Below, piece by piece: positions 50,255-60,152 of a DNA stretch of 64,000 nt. The DNA comes from an uncultured Deinococcaceae bacterium. GTDB lineage: Bacteria > Deinococcota > Deinococci > Deinococcales > Deinococcaceae. The stretch is taken from contig CAXULY010000002.1 of the NCBI GenBank assembly GCA_964252075.1, forward strand, positions 32,001 through 96,000. The letters are read 5' to 3'. Below the pieces are notes generated by a model. It saw nothing but the letters and a program-made list of their open reading frames with translations, searched no databases and was not told where the DNA came from. A program made the translations under genes and the position numbers. The stretch's first letter is position 1; every line of letters begins with the position of its first letter.

Positions 50255-50290
50255 GCGTGGGGCGGGACGGGCGCCCGTCCCGCCCCACGC
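50255..50290. terminator. 36-bp perfect palindrome between convergent genes
   Basis: GCGTGGGGCGGGACGGGC|GCCCGTCCCGCCCCACGC. Confidence 0.7.
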
Positions 50291-50307
50291 CTGTTGCGCC
50301 GGGGCCC

Positions 50308-52026
50308 TCACTCCCACAGGCGGACGATGGGGTTCAGGCCCACGAGCAGCCGACCGCCCGGCTGGCGCAGCACGCGCTGAGCGTCCGGCACGTCCAGCAC
50401 GCCGCCCTCCCCGAAGCGGGTGTCGTACGCGCCGTCCGCGCGCAGCCGCACCAGCACCGGCTGCGCAGGCCCGCTCCCCGCGTCGCGCGCGCAGCCGGAC
50501 ACCAGGACCGTGCCGTCCGCGCCGAGCGTCACGCCGACCGGCCCGCCGCGCAGCCGGGCGTTCCCCAAGTTCACCACGTTGCCGAGGTCGCCCGGCGCGT
50601 GGAAGGCCGGGTCGGGCTGCCCGTCCGGCGTGGCGCGCGCGAGCAGGCACCCGTCCGCCCGCGGGCCGCTGCCGCCCATCACGACCGAGCCGCCCGCCTG
50701 CACGGCCAGGGCGCCCACCTGCGTCGCACCATGCAGGCGCAGCACGGCCGCGCCGTCCCCCGCGAGGGCGCGGCCGTCCGGCTGGTAGCGCGTGAGTTGC
50801 CACGCGGTGTACCCGGGCGCGTCCGCCGTCGTCTGCACCTGGCCCGCCGCGAGGATCACGCCGTCCGCACCGAAGGCCAGCGCGGACACCTGCTCGTGGC
50901 GCGGGCCGGGCGTCACCGCACGCCCCCCCTCGCCGAACGCCGCGTCCGGCGCGCCGTCCGGGAGGCGGCGCAGCAGCAGGCGGTCCCCGTACTGGTCGGC
51001 CGTCACGCCCGCCAGCACGACCTTCCCGTCCGCCTGCACGCCCGCCGTCAGGACGCGGTCCGCGCCGAGCGGCACCACCAGCACCCCTTCGTCCCCGAAG
51101 GTGCGGTCCGGCTGACCGTCGGGCTGCAGGCGCCACAGCACCGCCGCGTCCGGCCCCACCGCACGCAGCAGCGCCCCGCCGTCCGCCAGCGCGAGCACCT
51201 GCGCTGCCGTGACGCCCCTCAGCGCGCGTGTGGCGCGGCCCCGCTCCCCGAAGGCCTCATCCGGCAGTCCGTCCACTGTGAAGCGCGCCACGACCAGCCG
51301 CCCGCCCGCGCCCTCCTGGCCGAACACCAGCACCTTCCCGTCCACCTGCACGGCGGCGTCCGCGACCCGGAAGTCCGCGCGGATCGGCTGGAAGGTCGGG
51401 TCAGGCGCTCCGGGCAGCGGGCCGCTCCGGCACTCAATCTTCGGGTCCGCCCAGTCCGCGTGGTCGTTCCGCACGCCGTCCCCGGCGTCCGTCAACACGA
51501 GGCGCAGTTCACGCGCGCCGGACACGCTCACGTCGATGGATTGCGCGCCCTCCGCGCCCGTGACGGTGGGCGTCACCCACTTCCGCGCGCCATCCACGAA
51601 CACCTCGAACACCACGCTGCCCGCGCCACCCACCTCGTCATCCACCCCGACGTCCGCCGTGAAGCGCGTGCACGCCGCGCCCGCGCCGGCAAGGTCGAAG
51701 CGGAGGTCACTCCCCGCGTGCACGCCATACCCCTGCGCGTACACGCGGCCGTTCAGGGTGATGGGGTGCCCATCGCCCGCGCGCTGCTCGCCGTTGCTGG
51801 TGTTGCGCTCGGCGGGTCCCCAGCCGTTGCGCATGAAGGTGGCGCGCTCGTATTGCAGGGTGTTGACGCCTGGCGTGAGGGCCTGCGCCGTAATGGATGG
51901 TGACTGCTGCTGCTGCCGCGCGGGGGCCGTGCCCTCCACGCTCGCGGAAGTGGTGGGCTGGCTGCAGGCGAAGAGCAGCATGGGCAGCGTGAGGCTGAAG
52001 AGTGCGCGGGCAACGGCGTTTGGCAT
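50308..52026 (-). CDS. Lipoprotein: NPCBM domain plus delta-60-like beta-propeller repeats
   Basis: LFAC lipobox; NPCBM motifs; repeated VQ.DGKV and DG.PD..FG..G. Confidence 0.85.
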   Translation of the reverse strand: MPNAVARALFSLTLPMLLFACSQPTTSASVEGTAPARQQQQSPSITAQALTPGVNTLQYERATFMRNGWGPAERNTSNGEQRAGDGHPITLNGRVYAQGYGVHAGSDLRFDLAGAGAACTRFTADVGVDDEVGGAGSVVFEVFVDGARKWVTPTVTGAEGAQSIDVSVSGARELRLVLTDAGDGVRNDHADWADPKIECRSGPLPGAPDPTFQPIRADFRVADAAVQVDGKVLVFGQEGAGGRLVVARFTVDGLPDEAFGERGRATRALRGVTAAQVLALADGGALLRAVGPDAAVLWRLQPDGQPDRTFGDEGVLVVPLGADRVLTAGVQADGKVVLAGVTADQYGDRLLLRRLPDGAPDAAFGEGGRAVTPGPRHEQVSALAFGADGVILAAGQVQTTADAPGYTAWQLTRYQPDGRALAGDGAAVLRLHGATQVGALAVQAGGSVVMGGSGPRADGCLLARATPDGQPDPAFHAPGDLGNVVNLGNARLRGGPVGVTLGADGTVLVSGCARDAGSGPAQPVLVRLRADGAYDTRFGEGGVLDVPDAQRVLRQPGGRLLVGLNPIVRLWE

Positions 52027-52453
52027 GGGCTCGCCAGCACCGACAGCACCGTCGTCCCACCCAAAGCGGACCGCGTCGTGGTGGTTGGGACTGCGCGCCA
52101 GGGCTATGTAAATGAATAGGTCTGAGAAGGCGACGGTGGCGCGTGACGGGGCGCTGCGTTTAATGATCCGGCCAAATAGGCAGGATCGGAGCGCAGGTGC
52201 CGCTAGGTTAGACCGGCGTGAGTTGGAATTCCGGAGAAAACCGTCATTTCTGATTCAAGCGTGAGAATGAAGAAGGTACCCCCTCAGATACAGTCATAGG
52301 TTTAAGGTCTTAGGAAGCAAACCAAGATCAGCAAGGAGGTATGGAGCAGGATGAATCCTGTCCGCAGCGAGGCCTTGCCAAGCCATAGACGCGGGTCATT
52401 GAACCAGCCTATGCCACCTAGTGTTCATTAAATCTAAGGATGGACTGATCTTC

Positions 52454-52483
52454 TTGACAGCGGTTTCACCCTCGCGTTAGCGT
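52454..52483 (+). promoter_or_regulatory. Promoter (TTGACA...TAGCGT) overlapped by LacI-type operator TGACAGCGGTTTCA
   Basis: -35 at 52454-52459, -10 at 52478-52483, operator 52455-52468. Confidence 0.55.
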
Positions 52484-52637
52484 GGAGGTCAAGTCCATTT
52501 TCAATCTTCACCCACATGGCGCCGTCCAACTTGGCGGGACATCAATGCTGCACAGGTTCACGCCCAGTCGGCGCGACGCTCCTGCGTCGCGAATCGTGGG
52601 TCAGCTCAAAGCGCCTTCTCCTTCTTCTGGACCGTTC

Positions 52638-52651
52638 TGAAAGCGTTTTCA
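52638..52651. promoter_or_regulatory. LacI/cre-type operator TGAAAGCGTTTTCA
   Basis: Matches TGWAANCGNTNWCA about 50 bp upstream of the cellulase. Confidence 0.65.
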
Positions 52652-52703
52652 TTACCATGAAGCGCCTCTCCCTTGCATCAATCGCCACACCCAGGAGACC
52701 GTC

Positions 52704-55061
52704 ATGATGAACCGCACCCACCAACCCATCGCGCTCGCCCTGACCCTCGCCCTCCTCACGGGCTGCGGCACGCTCGCGCAGGAACCCACCCCGCCCGGCG
52801 GCTCTGGCGGTCCGGAACCCACACCATCCGGTTGTGCTGGGAAGCCCATCACGACCACCACGCCCGCCGCGCCCACGGGCCCCTACGCGCCCAGCGCGTC
52901 CGAAGCGGTGTACCCGCACCTGCTGACCGGCGCGGCCAGGCGACCATCCACGGCGGGCGCGCTGAAGGTCATCACGTACAACTGCATGAAGACCCTCGCG
53001 GACGCCAGCGGGCAGCCCATTCAGCTGCGTGGCATGAGCACGCACGGCCTGCAGTGGTTTCCCGGCATCGTCAACGACCACACCGATAAGGCCCTCGCGA
53101 ACGACTGGGGGGCCAACGTGATTCGCCTCGCCATGTACGTCGGTGAGGGCGGGTACGCCACGAACCCGGACGTGCAGAAGAAAGTCATTGAGGGCATTGA
53201 CGACGCCATCGCGAACGACCTGTACGTCATCGTGGACTGGCACGTCATCTCGCCCGGCGACCCCACCGCGCCCACGTACAGCGGCGCCATGGACTTCTTC
53301 AAGGGCATCGCGCAGAAGTACCCGAACGACAAGCACATCATCTACGAGGTGGCGAACGAACCGAACCCCGGCAACGCGCCCGCCAACAGCAACGACGCGG
53401 CCGGCTGGGCGCAGGTGAAGGGCTACGCGGAGCCCATCATCAAGATGCTGCGCGACAGCGGCAACCAGAACCTCGTGATTGTCGGCACGCCGAACTGGAG
53501 CCAGCGCCCGGACCTCGCCGCGCAGAACCCCATCAACGACCCGCAGACCATGTACACCGTGCACTTCTACACCGGCACGCACAAACCGTCGAACGACCTC
53601 ACGGACCGCAGCAACGTGATGAGCAACGCCCGGTACGCGCTGGAGCACGGCGCGCCGATCTTCGTGACGGAGTGGGGCACCAGCGAGGCGAGCGGCAACA
53701 ACGGCCCGTTCCTGCAGGAGGCCGACACCTGGCTGGACTTCCTGAACGCGCACAATGTCAGCTGGGTGAACTGGTCCCTCAGCAACAAGAACGAGACGTC
53801 GGCGGCGCTGCGACCCTTCCCGAACGAGACGAGCCTCGACCCGGGCGAGGACAACGTGTGGGCGCCCAGCGAGCTGACCGTGTCCGGCGAGTTCGTGCGG
53901 TCCCGCATCAAGGGCGTGGCGTACCAGCCCACCGACCGCAACGCGTTCACGCAGGTGCTCTGGAACTTCGATGACGGCGCGCAGGGCTGGGGCGTGAACG
54001 CGGACAGCGCGGTCAAGTCCGTCACGGTCAGCGGCGTGGCGGGCGCGCTTCAGGTAGAGGGCCTGGCGGGCAGCAGCGACGTGACCGCCGGGAACTTCTG
54101 GGCGAACGCGCGCCTCTCCGCAGACGGCGCGGGCGCGCAGCTGGACCTGACGGGCGCCACGCGCCTCAGCGTGGACGTGAGCGTCGCGGCGCCCACCACC
54201 GTGTCCATCGCCGCCGTCCCGCAGAGCAGCGCGCACGGCTGGGCGAACCCCACGCGGGCGGTGGTGGTCGGCCCGGAGGCCTTCACGGCACAGCCGGACG
54301 GCCGTTACCGCGCCACCGTGACCCTCACGGACGAGGACGCGCCGAACCTCAAGGCCATCGTGCAGGACAGCACGCCCGCGGGCCACACCCTCACGAACCT
54401 CGTGCTGTTCGTGGGCGCGCAGAACACGGACAGCGTTGCGCTGGACAACATCGCGGTGTCCGGCAGCCGCACCCCCAGCACCCCGCCCGTCGAGCACGCG
54501 CCGCTGGGCGCCGTGACGCTCCCCTCCACCTTCGAGGACGGCACGCGCCAGGGGTGGCACTGGGCGGCGGAATCCGGCGTGCAGGGCGCGCTGACCGTCG
54601 CGGACGCGGGTGGCTCGAAAGCCCTCACGTGGGACATTACATACCCGGACGTGAAGCCGGCAGACAGCTGGGCGTCCGCGCCGCGCCTCACGCTCGACAC
54701 GCCGGACCTCACGCGCGGCGAGAATACCCGGTTGCTGTTCGACCTCTACCTGAAGCCCGAGCGGTCCAGCAAGGGCAGCCTCTCCGTCAACCTATCGTTC
54801 GGGCCGCCCAGCCTCGGGTACTGGGCGCAGGCGCAGGACACCGTGACTGTCCCGCTGGACACCCTGAGCGGCATGACGAAGACCGCGGACGGGCTGTACC
54901 GCGTTCAGGGCAGCTTCGACCTCACGCGCATCCTGGACAACAAGGTGCTCGCGCCGGACACCGCGCTGGGGCGAATCAACCTGATCGTCGCGGACGTGGA
55001 GAGCGACTACGCCGGAACGATGTTCATGGACAACGTCCGCCTGGCACCCGCCCTGCCCTGA
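52704..55061 (+). CDS. GH5 endoglucanase lipoprotein with CBM17/CBM28-type modules
   Basis: LTGC lipobox; QLRGMSTHGLQWF, YEVANEP, HFY, FVTEWG; FEDGTRQGW, WASAPRL. Confidence 0.92.
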   Translation: MMNRTHQPIALALTLALLTGCGTLAQEPTPPGGSGGPEPTPSGCAGKPITTTTPAAPTGPYAPSASEAVYPHLLTGAARRPSTAGALKVITYNCMKTLADASGQPIQLRGMSTHGLQWFPGIVNDHTDKALANDWGANVIRLAMYVGEGGYATNPDVQKKVIEGIDDAIANDLYVIVDWHVISPGDPTAPTYSGAMDFFKGIAQKYPNDKHIIYEVANEPNPGNAPANSNDAAGWAQVKGYAEPIIKMLRDSGNQNLVIVGTPNWSQRPDLAAQNPINDPQTMYTVHFYTGTHKPSNDLTDRSNVMSNARYALEHGAPIFVTEWGTSEASGNNGPFLQEADTWLDFLNAHNVSWVNWSLSNKNETSAALRPFPNETSLDPGEDNVWAPSELTVSGEFVRSRIKGVAYQPTDRNAFTQVLWNFDDGAQGWGVNADSAVKSVTVSGVAGALQVEGLAGSSDVTAGNFWANARLSADGAGAQLDLTGATRLSVDVSVAAPTTVSIAAVPQSSAHGWANPTRAVVVGPEAFTAQPDGRYRATVTLTDEDAPNLKAIVQDSTPAGHTLTNLVLFVGAQNTDSVALDNIAVSGSRTPSTPPVEHAPLGAVTLPSTFEDGTRQGWHWAAESGVQGALTVADAGGSKALTWDITYPDVKPADSWASAPRLTLDTPDLTRGENTRLLFDLYLKPERSSKGSLSVNLSFGPPSLGYWAQAQDTVTVPLDTLSGMTKTADGLYRVQGSFDLTRILDNKVLAPDTALGRINLIVADVESDYAGTMFMDNVRLAPALP

Positions 55062-55068
55062 GTGGACA

Positions 55069-55109
55069 GCGGGAAGGGGGGCTCAGCCTTGACTGGGCCC
55101 CTTTCCCGC
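55069..55109 (+). terminator. Hairpin after cellulase
   Basis: GCGGGAAGGGGG...CCCCTTTCCCGC. Confidence 0.55.
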
Positions 55110-55172
55110 GTGTGGGCGCGGTTCCGGCGTGGGTTCAGACCGGATTCAGGGGTGGGGGCCTACCATCCACCC

Positions 55173-55433
55173 ATGAACGCCATTGATCTGCAGGTGCTGG
55201 AGGCCCTTCCCACCCACCCGGTGCAGCGCATGCCCTTTCTGGCAGGACTGCCCGTCACCCTCAACCGCAACTCGGTGATTGGCGCACTGGGCCGCCTGAT
55301 GGACGCGGGGCTGGTGTGCCGGCCAGAGCGTGGCCTGTACGCCCTCACGGACGCCGGGCGCGCGTACCGCGCTGGAACACGCGGGCCCCTCGGGCGACCG
55401 GAGGAGTGGCCCCGCGTGCTGCACGCCCGCTGA
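55173..55433 (+). CDS. Small winged-helix protein
   Basis: ALGRLMDAGLV..PERGLYALTDAGR; TACCAT 6 nt before ATG. Confidence 0.65.
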   Translation: MNAIDLQVLEALPTHPVQRMPFLAGLPVTLNRNSVIGALGRLMDAGLVCRPERGLYALTDAGRAYRAGTRGPLGRPEEWPRVLHAR

Positions 55434-55466
55434 GGGGGCGCAGGTCATGCGGCTGGATGCCGTCCG

Positions 55467-55877
55467 TCAGGGCGTGGGGTGCGGCTGGACCCAGCGGTCA
55501 TGAACCGCGGTGAGGAGGTCCACGTACCCCTGCAGGTTGTCCGGTTTGAGCAGCACGTCCGCCGCGCGGGCGTCCAGGCAGCGCTGCCGCTCCTCGTCGG
55601 TCATGAGGCCCGCGAGGACCAGCACGGGCGTCTCGCGGTGCTGACCGCCCGCCTTCAGGCTCAGCAGCAGACTGGCACTGGTGGTGCCGGTGAGGCGCAG
55701 GTCCATCAGGATCAGGCGTGGGGTGCGCTCATGCAGGGCCGTCGTGGCCTCCCGCAGGTCCCGCGCGTGGTGCACCAGCCACGGCAGGGCCGCCCCGATG
55801 GACGCCTCCTGAAGGAGTTCGGCGTCCATGTCGTCGTCCTCGATGAGCAGCACATCGAGTCCTGCTGAGGTTGTCAT
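55467..55877 (-). CDS. Single-domain response regulator
   Basis: LIEDD, LILMDL, LLKP; conserved Thr/Ser appears replaced by Ala. Confidence 0.85.
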   Translation of the reverse strand: MTTSAGLDVLLIEDDDMDAELLQEASIGAALPWLVHHARDLREATTALHERTPRLILMDLRLTGTTSASLLLSLKAGGQHRETPVLVLAGLMTDEERQRCLDARAADVLLKPDNLQGYVDLLTAVHDRWVQPHPTP

Positions 55878-56035
55878 GTGCCGAGGCTAGCAGTGAGCGT
55901 TCACATCAGGCGATGCATTTCAGCACAACGCCTTCAGAAAACCATCATGTAGTCAAGATTATTATTTCATGAAGTAGGAGGTCGTACAGTCACGGCAGGG
56001 TGGTCCGCTCTCCCGCCCGTGTCGATGGAGGTCCC

Positions 56036-56470
56036 GTGATCCGCGCTTTCCGCCTGCTGCTCATCGACGATGACCTGATGGACATCGAACTCGCGGCCTT
56101 CGCCCTCAGCCAGCAGACGCAGCCGTACGTCCTCACCACCGCGCAAAGTGGCGACGAGGCGCTCGCGCTCCTGCACGAGCACCCGCAACCGGACCTGATC
56201 CTGCTGGACCTCAACATGCCCGGCATGAACGGGCTGGAGGTCCTGACGGCCATCAAATCGCACGAGGCCCTCAGAATGATTCCCGTGGTGATGTTCACCA
56301 CCTCGCAGCAGCGCCAAGACATCCAGCGGGCCTACGAACGCCACGTCAGCGGCTTCCTCATGAAGCCCCGCGCGCTGGATGAGCAGCTGGCGCTGATGTC
56401 GCAGGTCCTGGAGTACTGGACGCAGACGAGCACCACGCACTGGCCCGAACCCGCGCTGGTGCCGCGCTGA
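56036..56470 (+). CDS. Single-domain response regulator (Rcp1-like)
   Basis: LIDDD, LLDLNMP, IPVVMFTTS, MKP, YW. Confidence 0.9.
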   Translation: MIRAFRLLLIDDDLMDIELAAFALSQQTQPYVLTTAQSGDEALALLHEHPQPDLILLDLNMPGMNGLEVLTAIKSHEALRMIPVVMFTTSQQRQDIQRAYERHVSGFLMKPRALDEQLALMSQVLEYWTQTSTTHWPEPALVPR

Positions 56471-56516
56471 TCCTGTCCGCACCCGCAACCACGCCACACC
56501 CCGGCGCCGCTGCCCA

Positions 56517-57848
56517 TCAAGTCCGCTGACCATCCCGACCGCCCCGCGACCCGGCCATGACGACCACCTGCGGCACCGACGTGGGCTCCTCCGCAGGGTC
56601 GTCCACCTCGGGCATCACGGCTGGGTCCCCCGCCGCCGCCCTGGTGGGCCGCGCGGGCGCGCCCCGGCGCATGGTCGTGACGAACAGCAGCGCGAACGCC
56701 GCGCCCGTCAGGGCCGCGCACAGCACGAACACCGCCTGGTACCCGAAGGCCTGAGCGAAGGCGCCCGACACCACGCCGGACAGCACGGACCCCACGCTGT
56801 TCGTGTTCGTGTACAGCGTGAGCGCCGTCCCAGTGCGCCCCGGCATGAGGTCCTGGAAGTACGCCATGCCGAGCGTGGTCGTCACCGCCACCACCGCCGC
56901 GCGAATCACCTGCGCGACCGCCAGGAGCCACACGCCAGGCGCGACGGCCATCAGCACGAAGTACAGGACGAACATCGCGAAACTCAGGGTGATGAGCCGC
57001 TCGTTCGACGGTCGGCGCCGCACCAGGGCAAAACTCAGGATGAACGGAATCTCCAGGAACGCGCACAACCCCACCAGGAAGCCCACCGTGCCCTCCGAGG
57101 CGTGCAGGGCGCCCGTGACGTGCAGCGGCAACGCGATGAACCCCATGTTGTTCGACATGCCGAACAGCACGAAACTCAGCGCGGCCCCCACCAGCGGGCG
57201 CACCGAGCCGCGCCCACCTTCAGGTGTCCGCTCGGCGGGCGGTGCGGGCGCCGCCGCCCGCGGGCGGGCGAGCAGCAACGGCACGCCCACCAGCACGTAC
57301 AGCGCGGCCGTCGCGAGGAACAGGGCGTTGAACCCGCCCGCCGTCAGGATGAGCGCCGCGCCCGCCGGGCCCAGCATCCAGGCGATCGAGAACATCGACC
57401 GCAACGCGATCATGCCGCGGTCCGCCGCCTCCGCGCCCGCCGAACCGAAGGACCGCTTCGCGAGCGCGAACAGCTGTGGGAACGCGCCCGCGCCCGTCCC
57501 CAGGAAAAGGCTGGCGATCAGCACGATCGGAACGTAACTGCGCGTCGTGCACAGCAGCGCGTACCCCATGGCCGAAGCCAGCACCGCAAGCAGCACCAGG
57601 GGCTTGTTGTTCGCAGAGCGGTCCGAGCGGCGGGCGAGCAGCGTGCTGATGAAGATGCCGCTCAGCGCCGTGAGGGTCATGTACACCCCCAGGGCGATGG
57701 GCGTCATGTGCGCGGCGTTGCGGCCGAAGAGCGGCATGTACGGCACTGCAAACGAGGCCGCCGAGCCCAGCAGCAGCGCGGACATCGCGTAGTGCGGGTA
57801 GTGGGGAACGTGGCGCAGACCCGTCAGCGCCCGCAGAGAGAAAGCCAT
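56517..57848 (-). CDS. SET-family sugar efflux MFS transporter
   Basis: PQLFALA, SIAWMLGP, LEIP, YFQDLMPGRTG. Confidence 0.85.
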   Translation of the reverse strand: MAFSLRALTGLRHVPHYPHYAMSALLLGSAASFAVPYMPLFGRNAAHMTPIALGVYMTLTALSGIFISTLLARRSDRSANNKPLVLLAVLASAMGYALLCTTRSYVPIVLIASLFLGTGAGAFPQLFALAKRSFGSAGAEAADRGMIALRSMFSIAWMLGPAGAALILTAGGFNALFLATAALYVLVGVPLLLARPRAAAPAPPAERTPEGGRGSVRPLVGAALSFVLFGMSNNMGFIALPLHVTGALHASEGTVGFLVGLCAFLEIPFILSFALVRRRPSNERLITLSFAMFVLYFVLMAVAPGVWLLAVAQVIRAAVVAVTTTLGMAYFQDLMPGRTGTALTLYTNTNSVGSVLSGVVSGAFAQAFGYQAVFVLCAALTGAAFALLFVTTMRRGAPARPTRAAAGDPAVMPEVDDPAEEPTSVPQVVVMAGSRGGRDGQRT

Positions 57849-58222
57849 GGGGGACTCCTGTGGGAAGAGAGTGAAAGGGACAGGGGAAGGAGTCCAGCGC
57901 GAAAGGAGCGCGCCGCGTGTCAACGCAGGGCTCACCCTAGCGCGCGCGACCACGGGTTTTCCGAGCGGCGCGTAAATTCAGCCTGATGGGTTGGCGGGCG
58001 CACCGCGCTGGGTGAACGCCAGCATGACGCAAGCTGAAGGCTTGCTTGCGGGCGCGAAAACGCCGCTTCATGCAGTTGAGGCTCCCCGCGCCCCTCGAAC
58101 TGGGATGCTCAGTGCAGTCGCGTTGAGGGGGCTGCCGTCCTGTCACCCCTTCCCCACCGGTGGCGGTTGCGGCGGTCGCTCAACGCGCATGAATGTTCGC
58201 CCTGTGGGGCACGGAGGAAACC

Positions 58223-58537
58223 ATGCGCAGCACCCAGCTTGCCCTCGCCGGAATTGACGGCTACCGGCGGTACCTGTCGCCCATCAAGGGGTTCCGCTGC
58301 GCGCACGCCGCGTTCTTCGGCGGGCCGTCGTGCTCGGAGGCGATTCGCGCCATCGTCGAGCTGCACGGCGTGCGCGCGGGCCGCGCCCTGATCGCCGCGC
58401 GCTTCGCGGCCTGCCGCTCCGCGCATCATCACCTGCACGGCGCTGCGATGCGGACTGGCTGGTTCGCATCCGGTGACGTGCGCGCGCAGGGCGTGTGCTG
58501 CTGCGGCGGCATCCCCATTCCCTTCCGCTGCGGCTGA
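58223..58537 (+). CDS. YidD-like (haemolytic-domain) small protein
   Basis: YRRYLSPIKGFRC...PSCS; Cys-rich tail; GGAGG RBS. Confidence 0.75.
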   Translation: MRSTQLALAGIDGYRRYLSPIKGFRCAHAAFFGGPSCSEAIRAIVELHGVRAGRALIAARFAACRSAHHHLHGAAMRTGWFASGDVRAQGVCCCGGIPIPFRCG

Positions 58538-58645
58538 CCCCTGCCCGCACCCGCGCCGGGTGGCGTTCGGTCCGACGCGGTTAGGGCCGGTGACGATTCC
58601 CACGCATGCGCCGCGCATTTTGCACAGGTGGAAGCGAACGCGGCA

Positions 58646-59362
58646 TCACACGAAGTCCAGCGTGACCCGCCGCGCGACGGCTGCCGCGCGCGTCTCCGCC
58701 AGCAGCGCACGCGCCGCCGGGTGCGCCGCGTACTCGGGTTCACTCCACAGCGTGGGCGCCAGGGTGGAATCGAGGCGCACCTGTAGGTGCTCGTTCTCCT
58801 CGGCGTGCGCGACCATCGCGCGCAGCGCCAGCAACGCGGGCGCCACGCCCTCCTGCGCGCCCAGCGGAACGACGATCCGGCGGGACGCGCCATTGCGGTT
58901 GAAGGTGAGGGTCGCCTCGGACCCCCACGCGAGACGGCTGACCTTCACGCGCACCTCCGCCTGACCGGGCAGTGCGTCCGGGACGCCCAGCCGGGCGTTC
59001 GTGGCCAGCTGGTGCGCCTCGCGCATGCGCCGCGCATCACGGGACTCGCGCGTGACGCTGAGCGTGATGGAACGCTCACGCGCCGCCGCGCGCACGGCGG
59101 CACCCATCTCATCCTGGTGCGGGTGGAGGGTGCCGCGCCGGATGGCCTGCACGACGCAGGTGGCGTCCGTGTGCAGGGTGAGCGGCTGGCGCTCCGGCGC
59201 AAGCTGCACGGCGTGCAGTGCCGCCAGGAGTTCGCACGCGCCATTGTCTGATACAGGTTCCTCCCCGCTGTGGTGTGCGGGCGGCGCGCCAGGAACGAGG
59301 AGCACCACGCCCCACCCACCACGATCGTCCTGATGGCTTCCATCAGCGTATGCGTGGTTCAT
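58646..59362 (-). CDS. RNase HI-fold protein with duplicated degenerate second domain
   Basis: YADGS, NGACELLA, LHTDA; internal repeat in the C-terminal half. Confidence 0.75.
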   Translation of the reverse strand: MNHAYADGSHQDDRGGWGVVLLVPGAPPAHHSGEEPVSDNGACELLAALHAVQLAPERQPLTLHTDATCVVQAIRRGTLHPHQDEMGAAVRAAARERSITLSVTRESRDARRMREAHQLATNARLGVPDALPGQAEVRVKVSRLAWGSEATLTFNRNGASRRIVVPLGAQEGVAPALLALRAMVAHAEENEHLQVRLDSTLAPTLWSEPEYAAHPAARALLAETRAAAVARRVTLDFV

Positions 59363-60152
59363 GCAGGCATTCTCCCGCGTATTGGCAGAGCGAACCGTGA
59401 ACGGACTGACCACGAGGTTGCTGCAGCGCCAGTATGGATCAACTTTACTGGAGAAACGATTGTAGTGGCATTGAAAAGATGTTCCGTAACGCCACTCATG
59501 AAGGTTATTCCTTCACCCTAACAGTATTTTATACTTTAATCACCTAATTATAGCTGATAAGAGGATTATAACAGCGACTAGCCATAGATTTTTTCATCAT
59601 TCTGTTGAAATTGCCAAGATCATCTTGCCGTCAAGTTACAGCATAGGAGAATCGCAATCCCAGCAAGTTGATTTATGATTGTGTGGCGTACGTTTAGTGA
59701 GTACTTTTAGCGCCACTACTATAGTCAGCTAGGTAGCTTGAAAACCCTGCTTCTTGCTCAATGCCTTCGTAGGCCCTTCTCGCTGTTATTTCTCAACGCC
59801 CTCACGACTCGGCGCCTGGCAGCTGATCGTAGCGAGGACAACCTTCTCTTCTTAAGAAGTCTCTTCAAACCTTGGACAAAAGTTTTAAGACTCATACCCA
59901 CGCTCCAGAGCGACAGTCGGCTTTTTGCGCCCTAATCGAAACCTATTGTGTATACCTTGGTACAATTTGAACGCCCAAACCGCTCCTAGCCCCGTAACGT
60001 ATTCTATTCAAACTTTGTACAAATAGGGAGTTATTCCCACCCTGGCATGAGCGATTCCCGGCTCCGTCGTGACCGAGGTGTAAGAAAGTTCATCCTACAG
60101 TGACGCCAGAAGAAGCGCAGTGCGTACAACGCGGCAGCGCTCGGAGGACCAC

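Noticed and set aside
58646..59362. RNase H as part of a retron or retroelement
   Set aside because: No reverse transcriptase or msr/msd-like structure seen in the window
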